DNA from: a virus
Taxonomy: Duplodnaviria; Caudoviricetes
DNA length: 34,359 bases
Virus record (IMG/VR): IMGVR_UViG_3300009435_000026
Location: 1 to 34,359 of that record
Strand: one strand, 5' to 3'
Shown: piece by piece, positions 19,356 to 28,922 of the stretch
Layout of the letters: each line of letters starts with the position of its first letter
Position numbering within the stretch: the first letter of the stretch is position 1
Translations under genes and position numbers: made by a program
The notes under the pieces: generated by a model
What the model saw: the letters and a program-made list of their open reading frames with translations, nothing else
Told to the model about the DNA's origin: nothing
Databases searched by the model: none

Positions 19356-19730
19356 ATGGCATATTCTGACACTTTAAAACTAGTCACTGGCGATACGCTA
19401 CCAGAGCTGACTTTCACATTGAAAGACAGTAATACAGCGGTGGCGGGCTTAAATCTAGACGAGTCTAACAGCGCCACTTGGGCACCAATCAACGTTGCAG
19501 GTGCGACTGTAAAGCTAAGATTACGAGAGCTAGGTAGTACTGCTGTGAAGGCTACTTTAACCTGCTCGGTAACTGACGGTGCTGCTGGCAAAGTAGCGAC
19601 AGATTTTCCTGCGGGAACTTTAGATACTGCCGGTACTTTTGAAGGCGAGTTAGAATTAACCTTCCCTGGCGGCGGCATACAGACTGTTAATGATTTAATC
19701 AAGTTTAAAGTACGCAGTGACTTTGATTAA
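19356..19730 (+). CDS. BppU-like tail/baseplate adaptor domain protein
   Basis: 124 aa; GDTLPELTFTLKD, INVAGATVKL, LDTAGTFEGELELTF.GG.IQT pattern. Confidence 0.7.
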   Translation: MAYSDTLKLVTGDTLPELTFTLKDSNTAVAGLNLDESNSATWAPINVAGATVKLRLRELGSTAVKATLTCSVTDGAAGKVATDFPAGTLDTAGTFEGELELTFPGGGIQTVNDLIKFKVRSDFD

Positions 19731-20657
19731 ATGGCCTATAGAGTTGTAGTCGAGAAACCACAACGAGTTCGTGCTCTAGCTAGTAGCGCGAATATTGTTG
19801 TTGCGGACGCACAACTTGTAAAGACACAAGTATTAGTAACAAAGGCATCATACGCTGCGTCAATTAGTTCTCGCGTCGCGAACGTTTTTTCTGCGTATGT
19901 CTATCCTGTTACCGAAATCTACTATCGAAATGTTTCTGCTGAAGACGTAGCGCTCGACCCTTTCTCGCTTAACAAGTACTTTCGCTTGGACCAGGCTGTA
20001 ATGGCCGAGGCGCTAAGTGTGCTTGCTAGTAAAGGGGTTGATGATGTAAGTGGACTATCCGACCGGCAAGACTTCCTAATTGGAAAAGGTATTTCGGATG
20101 GTTTTGCTATGGGCGACGAAGCTGTTGTTCTTTTAGAGATACTACGAGAATTTACAGAAGACGCTTTTGTAACAGACTCACAGGAGCGGTCGTTAGGGGT
20201 TGTTAAGTCGGAAGCGATAGGGGTTGCCGATATAGCGGTAACGCTTACAACCAAGTCTTTATCTGACGGTACAGATCTTTCTGAACAAGCTATCTTTGAT
20301 ACTGCCAAACCGCTAATTGAATCAGCTAGCCTCTCAGACCAGTTCACTAGAGCCGCAGTATTTCAACGCTCCTTCTCTGACGCTTTAGTGCTAGATGATT
20401 TCACAGACGTCAACGCGGTCCAAAAGGACACTATAGCTACCAAAACTAACGTTATTGGGTTCTCTGACACGCAAAATTTTGCTACAGATAAGACCTTTGC
20501 TGATGCGATTAACTTTGCAGAACAAACAGTAGCTGCTTTTGAAAAGAGTCTTTTAGACAGCGCAACAATAACCGAATCAATACAAATATCAGTTTCTTCA
20601 CTGGCGTCATCTGTACTAAATGCTTCTGCGCTAAACAGTGCGCCACTTAACAACTAG
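19731..20657 (+). CDS. Virion structural protein with degenerate short repeats
   Basis: 308 aa; repeated K.L.D....SD units; C-terminal VLNASALNSAPLN. Confidence 0.6.
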   Translation: MAYRVVVEKPQRVRALASSANIVVADAQLVKTQVLVTKASYAASISSRVANVFSAYVYPVTEIYYRNVSAEDVALDPFSLNKYFRLDQAVMAEALSVLASKGVDDVSGLSDRQDFLIGKGISDGFAMGDEAVVLLEILREFTEDAFVTDSQERSLGVVKSEAIGVADIAVTLTTKSLSDGTDLSEQAIFDTAKPLIESASLSDQFTRAAVFQRSFSDALVLDDFTDVNAVQKDTIATKTNVIGFSDTQNFATDKTFADAINFAEQTVAAFEKSLLDSATITESIQISVSSLASSVLNASALNSAPLNN

Positions 20658-20668
20658 GAGTCAACCTA

Positions 20669-21094
20669 ATGCTACATGATAATTTCAACATGATCGGACA
20701 CTTGTCTATCTCTATTAATGACGAGGTCGTTCAAGAAGTGCCTAACTTGGTAGTTACCGATGGAAAAGAGTATGTCGCTAGCCGCATGAAAGACACAACT
20801 AAAGCTGCGATGTCACACATGGCTATCGGCACAGTTTCGACTGCTGCGGCAGCAAGTGACTCTGCGCTTGGCGGTCAAGCCAATCGTGGAGCTCTCACCT
20901 CAGCTACCGTTACTGGCACAACCATTACTTACATCGCTACATTTGGCGCGGGCAGTGGTACCGGAGCAATAACTGAAGCAGGTTTATTCAACGCTAGCAG
21001 TGCCGGTGACATGCTTTGCCGCACAGTGTTCGCGGTTATTAACAAGGGATCTAGCGATTCGATGACTATTACTTGGACTGTAACAGTAAGTTAA
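20669..21094 (+). CDS. Virion structural protein (tail/fibre-associated)
   Basis: 141 aa; NLVVTDGK, MAIGT, GTGAITEAGLFNASSAGDMLCRTVF; RBS AGGAG. Confidence 0.7.
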   Translation: MLHDNFNMIGHLSISINDEVVQEVPNLVVTDGKEYVASRMKDTTKAAMSHMAIGTVSTAAAASDSALGGQANRGALTSATVTGTTITYIATFGAGSGTGAITEAGLFNASSAGDMLCRTVFAVINKGSSDSMTITWTVTVS

Positions 21095-21121
21095 TCCAAC
21101 TAATATCCTGAGGTATCTAGC

Positions 21122-24100
21122 ATGGCAGTAGTTTTTTCAAACAACGCCAAAACAACGTTGGCATCTACCGTATCTACATCTGCGACGAGCATAACAGTCG
21201 CGGATGGTAGTGTGTTTCCTGCACTTAACGGTTCAGATTACACATACGTCACTTTTGAGGACTCTAGTGGCAACGTTGAGATCGTAAAGGTTACAGCACT
21301 TAGCGGTAACACGCTTACGGTTGTCCGAGCGCAAGACAACACTTCTGCCAGAGCATTCAGTTCTGGCGGCAAGTGCGAACTTCGCTTAACTTCGGCGGGG
21401 CTGAATGACGTAACTACTACTACGGCTTCGGTAACTGCCGCAGGCGCGTTAATGGATAGCGAAATTAGTAACATTGAGGCTATCAAAACGCTTAACCAAA
21501 GCGTAAGAACTGTAGACAGCGTTAACTTCGGTGCTGTGAACACCACAGGCGATATTGAAACTGGATCTAAGTTAATTTTCGGAACCCACGACAGCGAGCT
21601 AGGCAATAACTATCTTCAGTTTAACGCCAACTCTCATGCTTTTATTGGTCATAATGTTGTTGGAAAAACTTTAAGTTTTAAAATCTCTGTAGCTGCGCCA
21701 CTGGATACCACACCATTCACCTTGACGCAATATGGAATGACCATCAACGGCACGATGGCCACGACCGGCTCAATCACTGGCGGCGGTACAATAAAAACCG
21801 GCAACGATACCGGCAAAATTATGCTGGGTACGTCGAACGACCTCCAAATCTATCACGATGGAAATCACAGTCACCTTCGCAACGCTACCGGAGACTTACG
21901 AATCAGAAGTGACGGATTTAAAATCCAAAATTATGGAGCAAATAGCTCCTATATGACTGGCGTTAATGGCGGTGCTGTTAGCTTGTACTTTGCCGGTGTG
22001 TCTAAAGTAACAACGACAGCCAACGGCGTTACTGTAACGGGAAGCCTTTCAGCAGCAGGCGGCAGCTCCACCAACTGGAATGCAGCCTACGGCTGGGGTA
22101 ACCATGCATCTGCGGGTTACTTAACAAGCTACACCGATACAAACACAACTTACTCTATCCAAGATGGAGAGCTTTCGCAGAACAACTTTACAAACGCAGA
22201 CCATACGAAACTCAATGGCATTGCTGCTAATGCAAACAACTATGTGCTGCCATTTACAAACAACTCTACCAACTGGAATACTGCATACGGTTGGGGTAAC
22301 CACGCTAGTGCTGGGTACTACGCTGCGAGCAACCCTAACGGTTACACCAACGACCAAACTGCCGCTGAGATACTTACTGCTATTAAGACTGTTGACGGCT
22401 CAGGCTCTGGCTTAGATGCTGATTTGTTAGATGGGCAACATGGTTCTTACTATGCAGCTAATTCTTCACTAAACAGTTACATGCCTATAAGGATGTCTAC
22501 CCCCTACGCTGTGATACCTACTGGCGGCTGGGCTGGCTATAACTTAGGCAATGGAACCATGTTGCAGGCGAGTTCTACTGGACTCCCATCTGGAGGAACG
22601 CATGGTTACTGGCATGTTACTGGTAGACGAGATACCAGCGGCGGCTATGTTGGTCTCTATTTCCAAGATTACAGCGCATCGTCTGGCATGTGGATTGGTA
22701 AAAGTTTAACTAGTGCTGATCCAACATGGGAGAGAGTATGGAGTGCTGGTACAGACGGCTCAGGCTCTGGCTTAGATGCTGATCTACTTGATGGGCTTAA
22801 CAGCACTTCATTTGTACGCTCTGATGCTAACGATACAATGAATGCCCTGTTGACAATAAACACAACCAACGATGCTCAACTTAGCTTAACGTCTGCCAAT
22901 GGCTGGACAGGAATATCGTTTAACGATGGGGCTGCGCGAGGTGCTGAGTACCTTTGGCACAACGGCAATCACGGAACCTTTGCTTTGGGCGGCGGCGGTT
23001 CCGATGTAGCAGGCAAAAAACTTCATGTAGATGGCGGATTGTCAGTAGGCGCTAGCTCGGATACCACAGCAACTCCTGCTAACGGTATATATTCAGAAGG
23101 CAATGTATCTGCCAATGGAACTACTATAGGAGCGGACGGGACATACGCAGGATACAGCGTTACAGGATTTGGCGGCACGACCAATGGTTACAATAGAGTG
23201 TTCGGACACAACAGCAACGCTGACGGCTTGTATTTAGCTGCTGCTTCTGGGCGAGGTATAATCTTCAGGGTAAACGGCTCTGGTGCTAACTCTTTTGCGT
23301 TTAATTCTACGGGACATTTCCAACTCAACAACACCACAGTAATAGACTCAAGCCGCAACCTGACTAACATTGGCACTATCTCCAGTGGCGTAATAACAAG
23401 CACAGGTGCAATTACATCTGCTGACTTCTTTAAAGCGACAGGTAGCAACTTAAAGTTTAGTGCTGGTGGGAATCACATCTTTAACGTGGATTTAAACGGA
23501 AAGATCTATCCACAAACGCACAATGCGGTGGATATAGGTTTTAATAATACTACTGCGTTTAGAAATCTATACTTGTCTGGAACTGTTAATAGTACTAGCG
23601 GTAATTATACTACTACTACTTCTAGGAATAGATTTACAACCAGTTCGGGCTACATAGAGCTTGGCCCAATGAACGCAACTTGGGCGCATATTTACACTGA
23701 TAGAGCAAACTTTTACTTTAACAAAAACCTATATGTTTTAGGTAGCAAAGTCTGGCACGCAGGCAACGATGGCTCTGGCTCTGGTCTTGATGCTGATTTA
23801 TTGGATGGACAGCAGGGTTCTTACTACTATAGCTCGGCTAACCCGCCACCTTTAACTGCCGACCCCACTCTAACTTTGACTGGAGATGTTACAGGCTCTG
23901 CTACGTTTACTAATTTAGGTAACGCTACACTAACCGCTGTAGTTAACAACGATAGCCACTACCATTCACAAGTATACATACCAGACACTCGTGGAGCGCA
24001 GAGAGCGCCTAGTTACTATAATGATAGATATGCTCAGTGGGATTTTCAGCAGAACACTGATACTTTAGCTGGTGGAGATTCATGGCACGCCCTTCAGACC

Positions 24101-25306
24101 GTTGCTCCGTGGTCGGTTTATAACAGCGCCCATCGTCAACAGCAGCTTGCTTGGACTGGAACTGGCGGATTAAAGTTTCGATACGCAACTAGCGAAAGCG
24201 CATGGGCAGGGTGGCAGACACTTTGGACATCTGGCAATGACGGTTCAGGTTCTGGCTTAGATGCTGATACGCTTGACGGGATTCAGGGAGCATCATTTTT
24301 ACGAAGTGATGCATCAGATTCTATTGCGGCGGGAACCACCTATACTTTTGGGACTTCTAATGCAGAAGGATTCAGATTTACAAACAGTTCTTATAGTAAA
24401 TCACTTTATATTGGTGGTTGGTCTGGTTCCTTAAATTCATCTGGTATCTCAAGAATACGAAACTCTAATGATAATTTGCACATTGACTGTGGCTCTGCGG
24501 GCAATTTGTATTTTAACCACTACGCTACTGGCAACATCTATTATCGCGGATCTACTCTTTGGGGCGCGGTAAACGATGGCTCAGGCTCTGGTCTTGATGC
24601 TGATACGGTTGATGGAATACAAGGTGCTTCATTCCTGCGCTCCGATGCTACTGACTATCAGAACAACACTATCTACCAACGTGGTTACTTAGTAAATGAA
24701 ACTGCTTATCGCAACAGAGGCGTTTATGGTAACTATAACTCAAGCAAAACTAACCACATCTGGTCTATGGGTGTTGCATACAAAAACCATGCCTCTGGAA
24801 CTAACTTTGGCAACCTCTACGGTCTAGCTTATAAGCACACCAATAACGGAACTGGTGGCACTATGGCTGGTGGGCATCAGATGGTGTGGTGTCAGAACGG
24901 TACTGGTTATGCTGCAATGGGTTCAAACATCTGGACTTCAGGTAACGTGACGGCTTACTCAGATATTCGAGTTAAAGAAAACCTAAAAGTAATCCCTAAT
25001 GCCTTAAATAAAGTAATGCAACTTAATGGGTATACATACGATAGGACTGATTTAAGCCCTGCAACCACTGAAGAAGAAGACATTACCTACGCCCACAACC
25101 CAACAGGTAGACACGTTGGTGTAATTGCACAAGAAGTTCTAAAGGTGTTACCTGAAGCAGTAACTGGTGGCCCGAACAGTATGGATGGGACTGATGATGA
25201 CCACTATTCAGTTGCCTACGGTAATATGGTTGCACTGCTAATAGAGTCCATAAAAGAACTTAAAGCCGATGTCGATGACCTCAAAACCCAATTGGAGAAT
25301 AAATAA
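21122..25306 (+). CDS. Long tail fibre with C-terminal intramolecular chaperone (peptidase S74-like)
   Basis: 1394 aa G/S/T/N-rich; N-terminal FSNNAKTTL..EIVKVT..LTVVRAQD anchor; five DGSGSGLDAD.LDG repeats; C-terminal GNVTAYSDIRVKEN..GVIAQEV..PEAV..YGNMVALLIESIKEL. Confidence 0.9.
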   Translation: MAVVFSNNAKTTLASTVSTSATSITVADGSVFPALNGSDYTYVTFEDSSGNVEIVKVTALSGNTLTVVRAQDNTSARAFSSGGKCELRLTSAGLNDVTTTTASVTAAGALMDSEISNIEAIKTLNQSVRTVDSVNFGAVNTTGDIETGSKLIFGTHDSELGNNYLQFNANSHAFIGHNVVGKTLSFKISVAAPLDTTPFTLTQYGMTINGTMATTGSITGGGTIKTGNDTGKIMLGTSNDLQIYHDGNHSHLRNATGDLRIRSDGFKIQNYGANSSYMTGVNGGAVSLYFAGVSKVTTTANGVTVTGSLSAAGGSSTNWNAAYGWGNHASAGYLTSYTDTNTTYSIQDGELSQNNFTNADHTKLNGIAANANNYVLPFTNNSTNWNTAYGWGNHASAGYYAASNPNGYTNDQTAAEILTAIKTVDGSGSGLDADLLDGQHGSYYAANSSLNSYMPIRMSTPYAVIPTGGWAGYNLGNGTMLQASSTGLPSGGTHGYWHVTGRRDTSGGYVGLYFQDYSASSGMWIGKSLTSADPTWERVWSAGTDGSGSGLDADLLDGLNSTSFVRSDANDTMNALLTINTTNDAQLSLTSANGWTGISFNDGAARGAEYLWHNGNHGTFALGGGGSDVAGKKLHVDGGLSVGASSDTTATPANGIYSEGNVSANGTTIGADGTYAGYSVTGFGGTTNGYNRVFGHNSNADGLYLAAASGRGIIFRVNGSGANSFAFNSTGHFQLNNTTVIDSSRNLTNIGTISSGVITSTGAITSADFFKATGSNLKFSAGGNHIFNVDLNGKIYPQTHNAVDIGFNNTTAFRNLYLSGTVNSTSGNYTTTTSRNRFTTSSGYIELGPMNATWAHIYTDRANFYFNKNLYVLGSKVWHAGNDGSGSGLDADLLDGQQGSYYYSSANPPPLTADPTLTLTGDVTGSATFTNLGNATLTAVVNNDSHYHSQVYIPDTRGAQRAPSYYNDRYAQWDFQQNTDTLAGGDSWHALQTVAPWSVYNSAHRQQQLAWTGTGGLKFRYATSESAWAGWQTLWTSGNDGSGSGLDADTLDGIQGASFLRSDASDSIAAGTTYTFGTSNAEGFRFTNSSYSKSLYIGGWSGSLNSSGISRIRNSNDNLHIDCGSAGNLYFNHYATGNIYYRGSTLWGAVNDGSGSGLDADTVDGIQGASFLRSDATDYQNNTIYQRGYLVNETAYRNRGVYGNYNSSKTNHIWSMGVAYKNHASGTNFGNLYGLAYKHTNNGTGGTMAGGHQMVWCQNGTGYAAMGSNIWTSGNVTAYSDIRVKENLKVIPNALNKVMQLNGYTYDRTDLSPATTEEEDITYAHNPTGRHVGVIAQEVLKVLPEAVTGGPNSMDGTDDDHYSVAYGNMVALLIESIKELKADVDDLKTQLENK
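22067..22318 (+). repeat. Two-copy intragenic repeat STNWN.AYGWGNHASAGY
   Basis: Copies at about 22067-22120 and 22265-22318; 17 of 18 aa identical, with synonymous codon differences. Confidence 0.85.
22394..24616 (+). repeat. Five dispersed intragenic repeats DGSGSGLDAD(L/T)(L/V)DG
   Basis: Copies start at 22394, 22754, 23768, 24239, 24575; the first two share 30 identical nt (GACGGCTCAGGCTCTGGCTTAGATGCTGAT). Confidence 0.9.
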
Positions 25307-25581
25307 TGTCAGTAACTTACGAGCTACTAGAAGAATACACAGGCACTCGCACCACTGAAATGCCTGACCCCGATAACGAAGGTGAGACTGTTTCTACTGA
25401 AACTGATTGCCGTGACATTCAGGTTCGCTTTACTTGTGGTGATACCGATTGCGTCCATGAGCGTTCTGTAAATGTCTGCTTTGATGCTGACGGTGCATAC
25501 GATGCAGCGGCTACCTTAGTCCGTGTTGGTGAGGTTGCTATGGGCGTAGAGCAGAAAATAGCCTGCGGTGTAATTAGTTAA
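25306..25581 (+). CDS. Small acidic protein following the tail fibre
   Basis: 91 aa, TAATG-coupled to fibre, RBS GGAG; several Cys. Confidence 0.7.
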   Translation: MSVTYELLEEYTGTRTTEMPDPDNEGETVSTETDCRDIQVRFTCGDTDCVHERSVNVCFDADGAYDAAATLVRVGEVAMGVEQKIACGVIS

Positions 25582-26099
25582 TGGCTCTACCAACGTCAGG
25601 TGCCATATCGTTTGCTAACCTACAGTCTGAGTTTGGAGGCTCTAACCCTATAACTATGGGGGAGTATGCAGCCTTCCGTGTGTCTGGCAGTGGCAACACA
25701 ATTAGCATGAACCAGTTTTATGGTGCAGTCGGTACTGACACACAGACTGTAACTGTAGGAAGATATTTCGATGGTACAGCTTATGTCCCAACCGATAACT
25801 ACGGCTTTAGCTTAACCTTTGGTGGTGGGTTTGGGTCAATCAGTGACGGAACGCTAAGTCTTACTGGAAACACCACCATAAAAGATATTAGATGGAACAA
25901 CCTCGTGCCTGAAATATATCTACAACTTTCAGCGATAGTCCCTAACTCTGGGTGGACAACTATGACTATAGCTGGGTCGGCTCTTAGTAGGTCTTCGGCT
26001 AGCTTTTCTCAATCATCAGGTATTACAACATGGAAGTGGACTAGCGCGAATCTTTTTGGCACAACCGTTGGCGCAACTAAATCGGTGGTGTTTACATGA
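25581..26099 (+). CDS. Putative tail-fibre tip/adhesin-associated protein
   Basis: 172 aa; MALPTSGAISFANLQSEFGGSNPI..ISMNQFYG N-terminus typical of proteins following S74-chaperone fibres; G/S/T-rich beta region. Confidence 0.65.
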   Translation: MALPTSGAISFANLQSEFGGSNPITMGEYAAFRVSGSGNTISMNQFYGAVGTDTQTVTVGRYFDGTAYVPTDNYGFSLTFGGGFGSISDGTLSLTGNTTIKDIRWNNLVPEIYLQLSAIVPNSGWTTMTIAGSALSRSSASFSQSSGITTWKWTSANLFGTTVGATKSVVFT

Positions 26100-26881
26100 G
26101 CAGAGTGTATACAACAAGAAATGACGGTGATGATAGTTACATCTGCTATTCCAAGAATGGTGCGTACTTTGAGATACCTTTAGAAACTGATGAAGGGGAG
26201 ATACAAGACAAACTAGACTTTGCTTTGGTATCAGGGGCATTGTCAAACTATGAGTTACAGCAGTGTCACGATGATGTGTACGTTAATCAAGATGTAGTAA
26301 GACAAGACTACACTTTGGAAACTGAAGAAGGTGCGTTGATACTTGAAGAGTTAAAGCAAGAGTTTCCTAGTTACGTTAACTATGAACGATCAGAGTTTAA
26401 CTTTGTTGGTAAGTATGATGGATATAGGGAGCCTTATCAGAACAGTAGTATTAGCTTCTACGACTTTGGAGTTTTCCCAAGCGAGTCATTACTGCTTAAC
26501 TTCAACACGAGCTATCTAGCTAGTAACCTAAAGCATTGGTATGGCCTGAAGTTTGACCTTGTGAGTAAAGAGGTTCTGCTAAAGGCGGTCATCATAGACT
26601 ATGACGGAAGCAAGCCAGCATTGCCCAAGGAAGATAGGGCATACAAGACGTTCTACGCAATCACACACGCCCAAGACGGGACTGTGGCTGACTGGATAGA
26701 TGCCTATGTCTTTGCAACACCAAGGCGTATTAAGGATTTCTGTGCAGCTCAGGGGCTAGATTACCCTCTCTTTGACAACACACACACTGAGTGTGATGTA
26801 GTCTGGTGTTGGGGTTTTGTATTTCATAAAGACACATTGGAGTATGGGGCTGTTAAAGCCTACGCTCGATACAATCAATAA
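26096..26881 (+). CDS. Hypothetical protein
   Basis: 261 aa, ATGA-coupled; aromatic/acidic-rich; no motif recognised. Confidence 0.65.
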   Translation: MSRVYTTRNDGDDSYICYSKNGAYFEIPLETDEGEIQDKLDFALVSGALSNYELQQCHDDVYVNQDVVRQDYTLETEEGALILEELKQEFPSYVNYERSEFNFVGKYDGYREPYQNSSISFYDFGVFPSESLLLNFNTSYLASNLKHWYGLKFDLVSKEVLLKAVIIDYDGSKPALPKEDRAYKTFYAITHAQDGTVADWIDAYVFATPRRIKDFCAAQGLDYPLFDNTHTECDVVWCWGFVFHKDTLEYGAVKAYARYNQ

Positions 26882-26928
26882 TTAAAGATAGATGGCAATA
26901 ACGCCAAACAACAAGACAAACTTTTTTA

Positions 26929-26965
26929 ACTACCATTATATTAGCCAGACTAATATAATGGTAGT
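26929..26965 (+). promoter_or_regulatory. Palindromic operator with 16-bp perfect arms containing TATAAT (site 3)
   Basis: ACTACCATTATATTAG-CCAGA-CTAATATAATGGTAGT; TATAAT at 26954-26959; intergenic. Confidence 0.7.
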
Positions 26966-26989
26966 CCATACACCCTGAAGGAATCTACG

Positions 26990-27214
26990 ATGACTGAATT
27001 AGCAGATAAAACCGAAGCAGAACAAACAATTACGATTGGCGAAAAAACTTACCCAGTCGCTGGGCTGAGCGATCAAGTCAAAGAAATGCTTTCGCTGCAT
27101 CAGCAAGCAAGCGAAATGGCGATGGGCGCGAAGCGTCAAGCAACTATCCATGATATTGCTGTCCAGAACTTGGCTGCAATGATCGAGAAGGCTGTAACTG
27201 ACGCCGACGAATGA
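26990..27214 (+). CDS. Small hypothetical protein (DUF6447-like)
   Basis: 74 aa; TITIGEKTY...LSDQVK then a helical segment; RBS AAGGA. Confidence 0.65.
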   Translation: MTELADKTEAEQTITIGEKTYPVAGLSDQVKEMLSLHQQASEMAMGAKRQATIHDIAVQNLAAMIEKAVTDADE

Positions 27215-27221
27215 GGTATAA

Positions 27222-28922
27222 ATGGTTTATTTTAAGAGGGACAGGTTCAGCGGTATCGCTCCAGCGGTCACCGCTCGTCTGCTTAACGAAAAGTTTGGCC
27301 AGATAGCGGAGAACATAGACTTCGAATCTGGTCGACTGGCCGCGACTAACGCAGACGTAGACGCGTACACCCTGCAAAATACTGGGCGTCGGTCAATATA
27401 CTACTATCGCGATACTTCATGGCTAGAGTGGTCTAATGAAGATGTATCCGTAGTCCCTGGTCCGATCCCTGGCGATACTACTGACCGTCTATACTTTACG
27501 GGTGATGATTACCCTCGCGTCGGTACAGTGGCTACGCTCGTGAGTGGTAGTTCAGGGTATCCGGTTAACTCTTACCGGCTCGGTGTTCCCGCTCCATCGG
27601 CAGGTCTTACTGCTGAGAAGTCCGGCGATGTTGCGGAAGGTGAGACCCCGAATAGCGTTTCGTACGTTTATACTTTGGTTACAGCTATGGGCGAAGAAGG
27701 CCCCCCGAGTGCGGCGTCTGGAATTCTAGACATCACTACTACGGAAACTGTTGCGCTAACACTACCTACGTCCAACAATCCTTCAGGCAACTATAACTTC
27801 GGTGCTGGCTCGTTAAAGCGGATCTACCGCAGCAATACTGGTTCTACGAATACGCAGTTTCAGTTCCTCACACAGATCTCCTACAACTCGACGACGTACA
27901 CAGACACTACGTCTTCTGCTAACTTGGGGGAGATTATACCCAGCGCTACGTGGATTGGTCCGCCAGACGATAGTAGCTTGTATCCCGATGGCCCTTTGAA
28001 AGGTTTAATACCTTTATCTCAAGGCACGATGGCAGGTTTTACAGGCAAACGGTTCTGCTTATCTGAACCATTTTTACCACACGCCTGGCCAATCCAATAC
28101 AGGATCACGACTGAAGAAGACATCGTTGCTATTGCTTCAACGGCTAATGGTGTTGCAGCGTTGACCGATGGACAACCTTATTTTATCACGGGCACCGAAC
28201 CGTCAGCCATGACCGCGATCCGCGTTGATCTAGCGCAAGCGTGTGTGAACGCACGCAGTGTAGTAGACATGGGTGATTATGTACTCTATGCAGGGCCAGA
28301 CGGTTTATGTTCTTTGCAAAGCTCGCAGGGACAAGTAGTAACTAAGTCACAGGTTTCGGTTAAGCAATGGAACGCGGACTTCAATCCTACAACGATTCGC
28401 GCTTTTCGTCACGAAGGTACATACGTTGCATTTCACGCGGGTGGGGGTTGGGTCTATGATCCGCGAGGCGGTGAGGCCGCACTCTCTACACTGACCGTGG
28501 CAGCCGATATTCGAGGCGGCTACCGTAACCCTAAAGATGGCCAGCTATATGTCATCGTCGGTAACAAGATTAAAAAGTATCAGGGTGCTAGCGGTAAAAA
28601 CACACTGAAGTTTAAGAGTAAAAAGTTTATAAGCACCTCACCTATTTCTATGGGTTGGGTCTCTGTAGACGCAGATGTCTACCCAGTTACTGTAAAAGTC
28701 TGGGGGGACGGGGTACTTGTTGCTCATTATGTACTAAGTAAACCAGGAGCAACATATACGCAGGCTACCACTGTACCAAGCAACATAAGTGACGGTACTT
28801 TGCGCGAACCGATAATGCGTATGCCAGCTGTGGTCGCTCAACAGTGGGAGATCCAAGTCGAGGGTACTGACATTAATGAGTTTTGTTTAGCGCAGAGCAT
28901 GGACGAGGTGCGTCAATCGTGA
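27222..28922 (+). CDS. Tail nozzle / DNA stabilisation protein (putative)
   Basis: 566 aa; FSGIAP, RLGVPAP, YVYTLVT..GEEGPPS, RIYRS, SEPFLPHAWP, FKSKKF motifs of podovirus nozzle-like proteins. Confidence 0.7.
   Translation: MVYFKRDRFSGIAPAVTARLLNEKFGQIAENIDFESGRLAATNADVDAYTLQNTGRRSIYYYRDTSWLEWSNEDVSVVPGPIPGDTTDRLYFTGDDYPRVGTVATLVSGSSGYPVNSYRLGVPAPSAGLTAEKSGDVAEGETPNSVSYVYTLVTAMGEEGPPSAASGILDITTTETVALTLPTSNNPSGNYNFGAGSLKRIYRSNTGSTNTQFQFLTQISYNSTTYTDTTSSANLGEIIPSATWIGPPDDSSLYPDGPLKGLIPLSQGTMAGFTGKRFCLSEPFLPHAWPIQYRITTEEDIVAIASTANGVAALTDGQPYFITGTEPSAMTAIRVDLAQACVNARSVVDMGDYVLYAGPDGLCSLQSSQGQVVTKSQVSVKQWNADFNPTTIRAFRHEGTYVAFHAGGGWVYDPRGGEAALSTLTVAADIRGGYRNPKDGQLYVIVGNKIKKYQGASGKNTLKFKSKKFISTSPISMGWVSVDADVYPVTVKVWGDGVLVAHYVLSKPGATYTQATTVPSNISDGTLREPIMRMPAVVAQQWEIQVEGTDINEFCLAQSMDEVRQS

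Noticed and set aside
21088-21106. Half-site CTAATAT before the tail fibre gene
   Set aside because: Left arm matches only 4 of 7 and no -10 box follows; too weak to count as a motif copy.
22394-24616. CRISPR array, shufflon or DGR repeats
   Set aside because: Repeats are in-frame coding, direct, synonymously diverged and irregularly spaced; no cas, invertase or reverse transcriptase, and no adenine-specific TR/VR pair seen.
26892-26978. 28-aa ORF MAITPNNKTNFFNYHYISQTNIMVVHTP across site 3 (possible leader peptide)
   Set aside because: No convincing RBS; the sequence is better explained by the inverted repeat.
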